From Desulfatiglandales bacterium (GTDB lineage Bacteria; Desulfobacterota; DSM-4660; Desulfatiglandales; HGW-15): a DNA stretch of 64,000 nucleotides. Positions within the stretch are counted from its first letter, which is position 1; every line of letters starts with the position of its first letter. Made by a program: the position numbers and the translations under genes. The stretch is taken from contig CAXXJJ010000001.1 in assembly GCA_963667015.2 (NCBI GenBank), positions 2,752,001-2,816,000 of the forward strand, written 5' to 3'. Below are positions 1 to 8,609 of the stretch, piece by piece. Below the pieces are notes generated by a model. That model searched no databases. It saw only the letters and a program-made list of their open reading frames with translations, and was not told where the DNA came from.

Positions 1-90
1 ATCATCCTTTATGGAAAAACATCTGCCGCATCCTTCAATGCATGTTCCGCATCCGGTACACTTGTCATAATCAATTGATACCCAGCTCAT
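1..90 (-). CDS. N-terminus of a 4Fe-4S ferredoxin-domain protein (possibly nitroreductase-ferredoxin type); runs off the window edge
   Basis: Minus strand reads MSWVSIDYDKCTGCGTCIEGCGRCFSIKDD (CxxCxxCxxxC); GGAGG RBS at ~96-100. Confidence 0.8.
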   Translation of the reverse strand, partial: MSWVSIDYDKCTGCGTCIEGCGRCFSIKDD

Positions 91-126
91 GATTTCCTCC
101 TTAAGATTAATATATCCTCATACATT

Positions 127-153
127 GTAGAGACAGTAAAAACCAGTCTCTAC
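127..153. repeat. GTAG-type REP-like palindrome
   Basis: GTAGAGAC-N11-GTCTCTAC. Confidence 0.5.
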
Positions 154-210
154 CGGCGAAAAATCTAATGTTAATGATTAATGATTAAATTTTAAAAGGT
201 CAAGCCGGAA

Positions 211-300
211 AGCAGAGGTCAGATGTTAGAAATCAGAAGTTGAGGTCAGAGAATAAGGTAAACCGTTTTCTGATCTCTGACTTTCGATATCTGAACTCTT
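211..300. repeat. Intergenic heptamer-periodic inverted repeat
   Basis: CAGAGGT/CAGATGT/TAGAAAT/CAGAAGT units mirrored by TCTGA-containing units. Confidence 0.6.
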
Positions 301-317
301 GTCTTTCAGCTTTTCTT

Positions 318-347
318 TTGACACATAAATTCATTCTTTACTATACT
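318..347 (+). promoter_or_regulatory. sigma70-type promoter for the NfeD-anchored regulator gene
   Basis: TTGACA-N18-TATACT. Confidence 0.55.
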
Positions 348-464
348 CCATTTTTGGAAAACCAGGCTTGTCAATTTATGTAGAAAACATCTTTACAATC
401 ATAGTCATTAAAACTCGGCATTAAAAGTAATTAACCCTTAGACTGGAAGTTGGGGAATTTTATT

Positions 465-1349
465 GTGGAAATCCAGATGTGGTGGATATGGGCCGTCCTG
501 GCTGCAGTTTTTATAACCGGCGAATATTTCAGGAATGGATCATCCCTGTTATGGCTTGGTTTTGCCTCTGCTGTTTCCTGTATCCTGTCCCTGCTTAACA
601 CCCCTGCTGCCGGGCAGATAGCGGTTTTTATAAATCTGTCAGGAATACTTATACTGCTTGAAAGAAGGTTCAAGGAACGCTACCGGTTTAAGACACAGGC
701 TGAGCTGGATAAAGATAAGGCAGAATCCTCTCAAAATGAACCCGGAGAGAGTATATTTCGTAAAAACGGCCCTGTCTGGGAAATATTTTTTTATGGGAAC
801 GCCTGTACTGTAAAACATTCAATCGGCCTCATTCATATTAAAAATCTGCTTAAAAATCCTAATCAATGGATAACCTGTACTGATCTTAAGAATATTTCTT
901 CCAGGATACTTGATATGGAAACAGGGCCTTATAACAGTATGTCTATTGAACAGCTCTCGCTTGAGAACCTGAATCCCTTTGAAAATATTTCTCCTGAAGA
1001 TGCAATTGACAAGCTTTCAATTGATAAAATAAAGGAATTGAGGGATATGCTTCGTGAAAAAATAGAGGCAGGTGATTTTGATGACCCTGAAGTCCTGATG
1101 GAAAATAAGAATACTCTGGAGTTTGTTGAGGATTATCTGGATAAAAATACTGATAACAGGGGTAGATCCCGTCGGGTTTCAGGCAGAGCAGAGGCGGATC
1201 GAAAAGCTGTTTCTGCAGCAATAAACAGGTGCCGAAATAATTTAAAAGAACACAACGAACTCTATACACATTTGAAATCATTTATAGAGGCAAAAGGAAA
1301 CTCTTTCCGATACCTTCCTGACCGTCAAATTAACTGGAAAACAGAGTAA
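465..1349 (+). CDS. Membrane-anchored putative transcriptional regulator: NfeD-like TM N-terminus plus soluble C-terminal domain
   Basis: GTG start at 465 gives MEIQMWWIWAVLAAVFITGE..., paralogous to the NfeD N-terminus at 2324. C-domain FRKNGPVWEIFFYG...IGLIHIKNLLKNP...RKAVSAAINR...LYTHL...FRYLP resembles, from memory, the C-terminal domain of ATPase-type regulators. Confidence 0.7.
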   Translation: MEIQMWWIWAVLAAVFITGEYFRNGSSLLWLGFASAVSCILSLLNTPAAGQIAVFINLSGILILLERRFKERYRFKTQAELDKDKAESSQNEPGESIFRKNGPVWEIFFYGNACTVKHSIGLIHIKNLLKNPNQWITCTDLKNISSRILDMETGPYNSMSIEQLSLENLNPFENISPEDAIDKLSIDKIKELRDMLREKIEAGDFDDPEVLMENKNTLEFVEDYLDKNTDNRGRSRRVSGRAEADRKAVSAAINRCRNNLKEHNELYTHLKSFIEAKGNSFRYLPDRQINWKTE

Positions 1350-1367
1350 AGTAAAAATAAAAATGAT

Positions 1368-1480
1368 CTCTCACAGAGCTCACAGAGAACGGAGAGAAAG
1401 GCAAAAACGTTTTAATCTTTTTCAAAACAAAAAGCTTTTCTCTGTGGCCTCCGCAGGCTCTAGCGAAGCGGGCGAGAGGA
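1368..1480. repeat. Intergenic 9-bp-periodic inverted repeat element
   Basis: CTCTCACAGAGCTCACAGAGAACGGAGAGA mirrored by TCTCTGTGGCCTCCGC...GCGAGAG. Confidence 0.5.
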
Positions 1481-1549
1481 AAAAAGTTTTTATTACAAAT
1501 AACCGCAAAATACATCTCAATATCACATTTTTTCCTGTTTTTTACTCCA

Positions 1550-1577
1550 TGTAGCGACCGCTACACGCTTTGTAGCG
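1550..1577. promoter_or_regulatory. Triple half-site operator-like palindrome
   Basis: TGTAGCG-AC-CGCTACA-CGCTT-TGTAGCG; degenerate half-sites at 1615 (TGTAGT) and 1652 (AGCTACA). Confidence 0.6.
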
Positions 1578-1721
1578 CTTTTAATTGTGAGCATAAAAAA
1601 TTGTTTTATTGTTTTGTAGTTGTAAATAGTAAATGAAAATAAGTTCACATTAGCTACAGCTTTTTGGGAAATTGTTTTTCAGATCAATTTTATGATTTGA
1701 GGACATTATTTAATATCAAGG

Positions 1722-2240
1722 ATGAAATTTATGGAAAAAAGGGTATTACATTGGCGAAATTCACTGTATCTAACAGCTCTTCTACCTGTCTTTTTGATTC
1801 CTGGTAAAATAATATTTAAAATAAAAGACATCGCTTACTTTAAACTTCAAGCAGAATTTTTCAAATCTTTTGATGTTTGTTTTTATTTCTTAACAGTCTT
1901 TATCGCTATTATCATTTTCATATACAAATTTAGAAATCCTGAGCTTGAATACAAGAACAGAATTCTGAAATTTTACGGTGAAAAAGATGGGGATAAAGAA
2001 AGGCGAAGCATAAATGTGCTGGAGATTAAATCTGTTATTTTAACAAACCGGTTAACCGGTGAAACAAAGGAAGTAAATGATTTTCCCTATCTTGTAATAA
2101 GAACAAGGGATGGCAATTCGTATGAATATTTACCAATTAAAAAACAGAAACATATGAAAAGGATGGAAGAGGTAATCAGGTTTTTGAATCACTGTCCGGG
2201 AATACCTCCTGTTCAGAAGGATATTGTCATAAAATCTTAG
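1722..2240 (+). CDS. Hypothetical membrane protein (2 TM segments plus soluble tail)
   Basis: 172-aa AT-rich ORF with two hydrophobic stretches. Confidence 0.7.
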   Translation: MKFMEKRVLHWRNSLYLTALLPVFLIPGKIIFKIKDIAYFKLQAEFFKSFDVCFYFLTVFIAIIIFIYKFRNPELEYKNRILKFYGEKDGDKERRSINVLEIKSVILTNRLTGETKEVNDFPYLVIRTRDGNSYEYLPIKKQKHMKRMEEVIRFLNHCPGIPPVQKDIVIKS

Positions 2241-2323
2241 GTTACCAGTTTTAAAGATTTGTTTGGATATAAGATATTTTCTAAGCTAACAGTTAAATAA
2301 CAATCATCTTAAGGAGGTGAACA

Positions 2324-2770
2324 ATGCATATAGAAATGTGGTGGATATGGATGGCCCTCGCTACTATCCTGCTTATTGCTGAGATATTTACCGCCGGTTT
2401 TTTTCTCCTGTGGTTCAGCATAGGGGCTGCCGGAGCAGGAGTGCTTGCAATGCTTGATGTAAATCGCCCGGCCCAGCTAACTGTATTTATCCTGCTGTCA
2501 GGTATCCTTTATGTATTTGGCCGAAGATTTGCCGATCGGGTGACAGCAAACCAGCCGCCCGGTATAGGCGCTGACCGGTTGATCGGCCAGCTGGGTGTTG
2601 TTGTTGAAGGTATAGATAATAATGCCGGCAAAGGACGTATTAAAGTGGGATCAGATGAATGGAGAGCTTTAAGCGAGACAGGCAAAATAATCAAGACAAA
2701 TGATATGGTTGAGGTAATAAAAATTGATGGAACAAAGGCCATTGTAAAATTAATGAAAAAGGGAGAATAA
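2324..2770 (+). CDS. NfeD family protein (short, NfeD1b/YbbJ type)
   Basis: [24 protein letters not shown] hairpin; C-terminal OB fold with [12 protein letters not shown]; adjacent to SPFH gene. Confidence 0.92.
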   Translation: MHIEMWWIWMALATILLIAEIFTAGFFLLWFSIGAAGAGVLAMLDVNRPAQLTVFILLSGILYVFGRRFADRVTANQPPGIGADRLIGQLGVVVEGIDNNAGKGRIKVGSDEWRALSETGKIIKTNDMVEVIKIDGTKAIVKLMKKGE

Positions 2771-2771
2771 A

Positions 2772-3686
2772 ATGGAGATATTACTCGTTTTTTTTATGAT
2801 TATTATAATTACTATTGTTGCAACAGGTACAAAGATTGTCCGCCCTTACCAGAAGGGAGTTGTAGAAAGGCTTGGGAAATACCAGAGGACAGCTGACAGC
2901 GGACTCACTATTATTATCCCGATCATAGAAAAAATTCTTAAGGTTGATATGATAGAACAGGTGGTGGATGTCCCTCCGCAGAACGTAATCACTCAGGATA
3001 ACGTTGCTGTTGAGGTAGATGCTGTTGTTTATTATGAGATTACCGATCCGGTTAAGGTTACCTATAATATCACTGATTTCTACCTTGCCGCCACAAAACT
3101 TGCCCAGACAAACCTCAGAAATGTCATCGGTGATATGGCCCTTGATGAGTCACTTACCTCAAGGGAGACCATAAACAGTAAACTGCGCCAGGTGCTCGAT
3201 GATGCCACCGATAAATGGGGTGCCAGGGTTACCAGGGTGGAGCTTCAAAAGATAGAGCCTCCTGAGGATGTTACTGCATCCATGCACAGGCAGATGAAGG
3301 CTGAAAGGGAGAGACGGGCAGCAATTCTTGAAGCTGAAGGTAAAAAGAAGGCAGCTATCCTGGAGGCCGAAGGTTTTAAACAGTCCCAGATACTGAAGGC
3401 CGAAGGAGAGGCCGAGGCCATCAAACGGGTTGCCGACGCGGATAAATATCAGAAGCTTACGGTCGCAATGGGTGAGGCCCAGGCAATTGAAACCGTATTT
3501 GGATCTATTCATAAGGGTAACCCCACAAACGATCTGATTGCAATAAAATACCTCGAGGCGCTCCCAAAGATTGCCGACGGCAAGGCCACAAAGGTGTTCC
3601 TGCCGATGGAAACAGCCGGAATTCTGGGGAGCATTGGCGGGATCGGTGAATTGTTTAAAGAAAAAAAGGGTAATGAGTCTGCATAA
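2772..3686 (+). CDS. SPFH/band 7 (QmcA/paraslipin-like) protein
   Basis: [45 protein letters not shown] motifs. Confidence 0.95.
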   Translation: MEILLVFFMIIIITIVATGTKIVRPYQKGVVERLGKYQRTADSGLTIIIPIIEKILKVDMIEQVVDVPPQNVITQDNVAVEVDAVVYYEITDPVKVTYNITDFYLAATKLAQTNLRNVIGDMALDESLTSRETINSKLRQVLDDATDKWGARVTRVELQKIEPPEDVTASMHRQMKAERERRAAILEAEGKKKAAILEAEGFKQSQILKAEGEAEAIKRVADADKYQKLTVAMGEAQAIETVFGSIHKGNPTNDLIAIKYLEALPKIADGKATKVFLPMETAGILGSIGGIGELFKEKKGNESA

Positions 3687-3719
3687 TTTTAGATAGGACC
3701 TGTACCATAAAGGATTTTA

Positions 3720-3828
3720 ACCCCGATTATACAGTCGCCATCTACTGCGGCTTGAAAAAATTTGCTATAGCGTTCTTTTAACTCTGGTTTTTCAATCCTT
3801 GTTACGATTTCTACTGCAAAATCCGGGT
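3720..3828. mobile_element. MITE-like element inserted in the loop of a hairpin
   Basis: Imperfect terminal IRs ACCCCGATTATACAGTCG / CTACTGCAAAATCCGGGT, flanked by TTA on both sides; outer arms AGGACCTGTACC (3695) and GGTACAGGTTCT (3833). Confidence 0.5.
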
Positions 3829-3974
3829 TTAAGGTACAGGTTCTCGGTAAGGCTGGATGTAAATGCGTGGTTGGATATATGAGTAGGGTGGGAAATCAGC
3901 CGGCGTCGAATAAATTCAATAGGACACAGAGCGTCAAAACAGGCATTACCACAGTGACCAAATCAGGAGAAAAA

Positions 3975-4997
3975 ATGAAGGAAACCACATCAAACAAAAA
4001 GAATCATGTAATCCTGTCCATACTCTCTATACTTGTAGTTATACTGATTACAGCAGTTTTTCTGCAGGGAAGACAGCTTAGCAAATTTATAGACGGGTTG
4101 GATGAAAAGTCACAGACAGAAATAAAAGCAGACGGGAGCTTTTCGGGAAAAAGCGCACCGCAGGATGATGAAGAGACTTATCAAAAGAAAATAACAAAGC
4201 TTGAGACCAGGATCACTGAAATGCAGGGAGTGCAGGATCAGCTGGAAGAAACCCTGAATGAATATGGAGATAAGGAGGCTTCCGCAGCCTCTGAAATGGA
4301 TGCTGTTTCAGAGGCAAGGGCGAAATTTAATACACGTAGAAACCTGTTAAACAAGTTTAAGGATTTTCTTGAACAAAATAATTATCCTCCGGAATTAAAG
4401 GGAAAACTGTTTGATCTGAGTATTGAACGGAATAATACAATTGGTGAACACATGATGAAAGCTCCGGAGGACTGGGAAAATCCCAGGGACTGGTCCAAAA
4501 ATAAAGAATTTAACCGGCAGACTGAAGAAATAAACGCCATATATGATGAAAAAATAGCAGAACTTCTGCCTGAAGGCGGCCTTGCTGCATATAAGGAATA
4601 TGAGGCAAAAAATAAGGAAAGATCCCTGGTGTTTTATTTTCAAAGTACGCTGGGTGATGAGGCACTTGAAAAAGTGAAGGAATGGGAACTGATTGACTTA
4701 TTGTATAAAGACGCCCAACCCTATTCCTCTCACGATGAAGATGAAACGAACATACTTTATGCGCACCCTTATATAATCCCTGAAAAAAGACTGGATGAGG
4801 AAACCATTGACAGGATAGTAAAACTGAATGATGAAAATCTGAGAAAAACATATGATACTTATATTGAATCAGCAAAAGGTATTCTCTCAGAGTCAGAAAT
4901 GGTGAAGTTTGAAGGATTTGTTAATATGTGTAAATCAATGTATTTGGGGGATGACGCAACTTCAGACAACAGTGAGAAGAAAAAGGGTGAGGAATAA
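3975..4997 (+). CDS. Hypothetical single-pass membrane/periplasmic helical protein (paralog 1)
   Basis: AGGAG RBS before ATG 3975; N-terminal TM, then coiled coil; similar to the next gene. Confidence 0.8.
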   Translation: MKETTSNKKNHVILSILSILVVILITAVFLQGRQLSKFIDGLDEKSQTEIKADGSFSGKSAPQDDEETYQKKITKLETRITEMQGVQDQLEETLNEYGDKEASAASEMDAVSEARAKFNTRRNLLNKFKDFLEQNNYPPELKGKLFDLSIERNNTIGEHMMKAPEDWENPRDWSKNKEFNRQTEEINAIYDEKIAELLPEGGLAAYKEYEAKNKERSLVFYFQSTLGDEALEKVKEWELIDLLYKDAQPYSSHDEDETNILYAHPYIIPEKRLDEETIDRIVKLNDENLRKTYDTYIESAKGILSESEMVKFEGFVNMCKSMYLGDDATSDNSEKKKGEE

Positions 4998-4998
4998 A

Positions 4999-6006
4999 AT
5001 GAATAAAACCACATCAAACAAAGTGATTCATGTTATTCAGGCCGCACTTTTTATACTTGTAGTTATACTCTCTACAACTCTTTATCTGCAGGAAAGGCAG
5101 CTCAGCAAATTAAAAGGGAGGTTTGATGTTACAAGCCCTGCAGAAAACTCCCAAACAGGAGAAATAGCCGATGAAAGCCTGTTGGGAAAAACCCTGTCAC
5201 GGGACGATGAAGCGAAATATAAAAATAAAATAAAGGTGCTTGAGACCCGGATCAATGACATGCAGGCATGGCAGGATTATCTTAAAGATACCCTGGATGA
5301 ATATGATGAGAGGGCTGATTCAGCAGTCTCGTTCTGGCGTCAAGCAGGCACTGTTTCACAGGCTGATTATTCACTCTATTTTATAAAGGATTTTGCACAA
5401 GAAAATAATTTCACTCCGGAGTTAAAAGAAAAACTGCTTGTTCTGTTTAACGAAATGAATAATGCATTGAAAGACAGTGTCCCTGATTTATTGGATAACA
5501 CAACCGTAATTATAAAAGAAAATATGGCAGAACAGATGCAGGAGTATAAGAAAATTAAAGCCGAATATGATGAAAAAATAGCAAAACTGCTGTCCAGCGA
5601 AGAGCTGGCTTTGTTAAAGGAGTATGAACTGAAAGGTAAAGAAAGGGAATTAATAAATGGACTAAAAACATGGCTGGGCGATGATAAGCTTGAAAAAGAG
5701 AAGGAAGAGAAGCTCATAGCCATTATGTATAATTACAGGCAAAGTGCCCAGGAGGAACAGAGGAAAAAGGCGCAGTCATATAAAATTAACGAAGAAGGGC
5801 CTGATGAGGAGACAATGGCGAGAATGCAGAAGGATAATCTTGAATACAATACAAAATTATATGAAAATTATGCTTCGCTTGCAGAAGGTATTCTCTCTGA
5901 ATCACAAATGCAGGCGTTAAACGGGATTGTTAATCTCCGAAAGTCAGTTTTTGTTATGGAGAGTCAAGGGATGCCTGGGAGTGAGGAAGAGGGGGATGAG
6001 GAATAA
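4999..6006 (+). CDS. Hypothetical single-pass membrane/periplasmic helical protein (paralog 2)
   Basis: Starts 1 nt after the previous stop; shared motifs TTSNK, LQ.RQLSK, LETRI, YDEKIA.LL, GILSES. Confidence 0.8.
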   Translation: MNKTTSNKVIHVIQAALFILVVILSTTLYLQERQLSKLKGRFDVTSPAENSQTGEIADESLLGKTLSRDDEAKYKNKIKVLETRINDMQAWQDYLKDTLDEYDERADSAVSFWRQAGTVSQADYSLYFIKDFAQENNFTPELKEKLLVLFNEMNNALKDSVPDLLDNTTVIIKENMAEQMQEYKKIKAEYDEKIAKLLSSEELALLKEYELKGKERELINGLKTWLGDDKLEKEKEEKLIAIMYNYRQSAQEEQRKKAQSYKINEEGPDEETMARMQKDNLEYNTKLYENYASLAEGILSESQMQALNGIVNLRKSVFVMESQGMPGSEEEGDEE

Positions 6007-6009
6007 AGT

Positions 6010-6284
6010 CCATCAAACGGGTTGCCGACGCGGATAAATACCAGAAACTTACTGTTGCCCAGGGTGAAGCCCAGGCAATAGAAAATGTGTTTGGTTCTAT
6101 TCACAAGGGGAATCCCACGAATGATCTGATTGCAATAAAATATCTCGAAGCGTTGCCGAAAATTGCTGATGGCAAGGCCACAAAGGTATTCCTGCCGATG
6201 GAAACAGCCGGAATTCTGGGGAGTATCGCCGGAATAGGAGAGTTGTTTAAAGAAAGGAAACATATGGGCACACAGTGTGACTAG
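6010..6284 (+). pseudogene. Orphan duplicate of the 3' end of the SPFH gene
   Basis: Aligns to 3418-3663 at a constant offset of 2592; no start codon or RBS for the homologous segment. Confidence 0.9.
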
Positions 6285-6391
6285 CTCATGTGTGAGGTTA
6301 ATGAAATAAACTGAATTATCATGTCATCAGCCAGGAAGTTTCAGGTGCTTTCAGGCGGTTATAGATTAGTGAATTCAAAGAGGCAATAAAA

Positions 6392-6949
6392 ATGAAAAGT
6401 GAATACTCATTAAATGTAAATACCCCTGTTAAAGATGCTGTAAAAAGAGTCATGGAAATGCCTGGTTCACATGGTGCAGAAGGAATTTATTTTTCCGGTC
6501 GAATCAAACAGGTATCAAAAAGAAAACATATTTATTTGCAACAGGCATCGGATTCAGAAATTGCATTTTCCGATACTCATGAATGGCGTTTTTTAGTGTT
6601 ATCTGGATACTGCATCTTTAAATCTGTAAGTAAAAATAAAACTGAAGTTACTGCAAAATTTAGAATTAGAACTATGACGATAAATACGTGGAAAGTCTTA
6701 ATTCCACTTTGTATTTTACTTTTTATTTTCTCCTGTTCAGTCGCTGCATGGTTTGTGTATTGGCCTTTATTAGATTCAGGAATAAAGGGATACTTATCCA
6801 GGGAAGTAATTTTATTATCTTGCCTGCTCGTATTTTTATTAATATGGCCAATTTATGGCAGTCTGTTACTCTGGCTTAATTCAGGCAAGGTTAAAATTTA
6901 TCTTAAAAATTTCTCAGATGCTTTAGGTGTTGGAAATGAGTGGGTTTAA
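6392..6949 (+). CDS. Hypothetical membrane protein (2 C-terminal TM)
   Basis: 185-aa AT-rich ORF, GAGG RBS. Confidence 0.7.
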   Translation: MKSEYSLNVNTPVKDAVKRVMEMPGSHGAEGIYFSGRIKQVSKRKHIYLQQASDSEIAFSDTHEWRFLVLSGYCIFKSVSKNKTEVTAKFRIRTMTINTWKVLIPLCILLFIFSCSVAAWFVYWPLLDSGIKGYLSREVILLSCLLVFLLIWPIYGSLLLWLNSGKVKIYLKNFSDALGVGNEWV

Positions 6950-7013
6950 TGTCTCATTTGGATATTGGTCAAAGTCTTTTTAAAAAATAATTCCACAAGG
7001 AGAGTTACATAAT

Positions 7014-7204
7014 ATGATAGCAGATTTTTTAGCAGAAATATTTATAGGTTAATATATGGTTCAGGAGCTTTAATATACTGGCTATTGAAAGGCTGTAAAA
7101 CAAAATTTAAAGATGAAATAGAAAATTATAAATTGCGGAATACTATTACGAGCATAGTAATAGTTGCTTTAATTGTGGGCATTTTCATAAAAATACAAAA
7201 TTAG
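7014..7204 (+). pseudogene. Small membrane protein gene with an apparent 1-nt frameshift
   Basis: AAGGAG RBS, MIADFLAEIFIG*, continuing in another frame as LIYGSGALIYWLLKGCKTKFKDEIENYKLRNTITSIVIVALIVGIFIKIQN*. Confidence 0.45.
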
Positions 7205-7262
7205 TATTATTCCCATCCATTTCTGAATTGGAAGAAGATTAGTACCATTTTTCTGTTTTCTT

Positions 7263-7291
7263 TTGACACCATACAATAAAATACCTATATT
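7263..7291 (+). promoter_or_regulatory. sigma70-type promoter of the AraC gene
   Basis: TTGACA-N17-TATATT. Confidence 0.6.
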
Positions 7292-7331
7292 CTCTTTCCC
7301 GTAAAGAATCTCTTATAAATCCTGTAATAAA

Positions 7332-8330
7332 ATGACAAAAAACAACAGACAAAAATACCTTCGAGAAGAATATATCTCCCGTATAAACCGGGTAATTGAT
7401 TATATTGAAAATAATTATAGCAAAGCCCTGTCTCTTGATGCGTTAGCAGATGTTGCAGGGTTTTCAAGGTTTCACTTCCATCGAATATTCAGTGCAATGG
7501 TTGGTGAAGCCCTTAATCAGTTTATTATCAGGATTCGTGTAGAAAAAGCGGCTGCCATGCTTACAAATAACCCCAAAAAGAGCGTTACAGAAATTGCCTT
7601 TGACTGCGGGTTTTCCGGATCTGCTCCTTTTGCCAGGTCATTCAAGTCTTTATTTAACATGAGTGCTACGGAATGGCGGGATGGGGGCTGGCAGAAAAGC
7701 AAGAATTGTAAAACGGATAGCAATGGTTGTAAAACGGTTGGCAAGATCGGGCAATCTTTTGATGTATCTTCATATTATGCTGGGGACGTAAACAATAACC
7801 AGCAAATATGGAGGATAAAAATGAAAGAAGACGTAAATAAGATTGATGCGGAAATTACAGTTGAAGAGATAGATGATTTACATGTGGCCTATATCAGGTA
7901 TATTGGCCCCTATAAAGGTGACAGTAAGCTCTTTGAGGGTTTATTTGAGAAGTTATTTACCTGGGCAGGGCCGAGAGGATTGTTGAGCGGACCTGACTTG
8001 AAAGTTATGAGCGTTTATCATGATGATCCTGAAATAACAGAGGATACAAAACTCAGGACAAGTGTGTGCATCTCTGTGCCTGAGAACACTGCTGTTGATG
8101 GTGAAATAGGTAAGATGACCATACCCGGAAGTAAATATGCCAGGGGCAGGTTTGAAATCAAAGCCGATGATTTTCAGGCGGCCTGGGATACCATGTGCGG
8201 TGGATGGTTTCCCGAGAGCGGCTTTCAGCCAGGTGATGGATTATGTTTTGAGTCCTACCTGAACAGTCCTAAAGATCATCCCGAAGGAAAGCATATTGTT
8301 GATATTTATATTCCTGTAAAACCTTTATAA
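7332..8330 (+). CDS. AraC family regulator with C-terminal GyrI-like ligand-binding domain
   Basis: LDALADVAGFSRFHFHRIF and EIAFDCGFS HTH motifs; VAYIRYIGPY, YHDDP, DIYIPVK GyrI motifs. Confidence 0.95.
   Translation: MTKNNRQKYLREEYISRINRVIDYIENNYSKALSLDALADVAGFSRFHFHRIFSAMVGEALNQFIIRIRVEKAAAMLTNNPKKSVTEIAFDCGFSGSAPFARSFKSLFNMSATEWRDGGWQKSKNCKTDSNGCKTVGKIGQSFDVSSYYAGDVNNNQQIWRIKMKEDVNKIDAEITVEEIDDLHVAYIRYIGPYKGDSKLFEGLFEKLFTWAGPRGLLSGPDLKVMSVYHDDPEITEDTKLRTSVCISVPENTAVDGEIGKMTIPGSKYARGRFEIKADDFQAAWDTMCGGWFPESGFQPGDGLCFESYLNSPKDHPEGKHIVDIYIPVKPL
7698..7823 (+). promoter_or_regulatory. Putative internal AraC-box repeats, -10 element, RBS and in-frame ATG
   Basis: Three 21-nt-period repeats at 7698/7719/7740; TATTAT 7773; GGAGGA 7810; ATG 7821. 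Confidence 0.55.
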
Positions 8331-8348
8331 TCTCAACTCTGTTTGCAG

Positions 8349-8396
8349 TGATTCCCCGATCAAGGTTGGACCGGGGAATCAGGATTTTTATTTTTG
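8349..8396 (+). terminator. Intrinsic terminator after the AraC gene
   Basis: TGATTCCCCG...CGGGGAATCA stem followed by T-rich tract. Confidence 0.65.
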
Positions 8397-8489
8397 CCTG
8401 CAACCTGAACCGCATTTCTGGTGGCTCTGGTGATGCCATCTTCCTGTTTTCTCCTGCATTTTCAATTTTATTGATGGATGGATTTTCCA

Positions 8490-8518
8490 TTGACACTCTA
8501 TTGTGAACTACATATACT
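8490..8518 (+). promoter_or_regulatory. sigma70-type promoter of the GH43 gene
   Basis: TTGACA-N17-TATACT. Confidence 0.65.
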
Positions 8519-8609
8519 CCATGCCTCAAAGGCGAATCTTTATTATTAAACTCAACCATTCTGAATTAAGCAACCCCTTAGCTGGACTATTCTACAGGAG
8601 CATACACCT

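Noticed and set aside
3418..6255. Possible diversity-generating retroelement TR/VR pair
   Set aside because: Mismatches are not adenine-specific and are mostly synonymous; no reverse transcriptase is in the window.
6087..6284. 65-aa ORF as an independent gene
   Set aside because: It is the internal part of the duplicated SPFH tail and has no RBS.
8380..8480. Weak resemblance of minus-strand frames to enzyme or Cys-motif fragments
   Set aside because: Too short and ambiguous to support a call.
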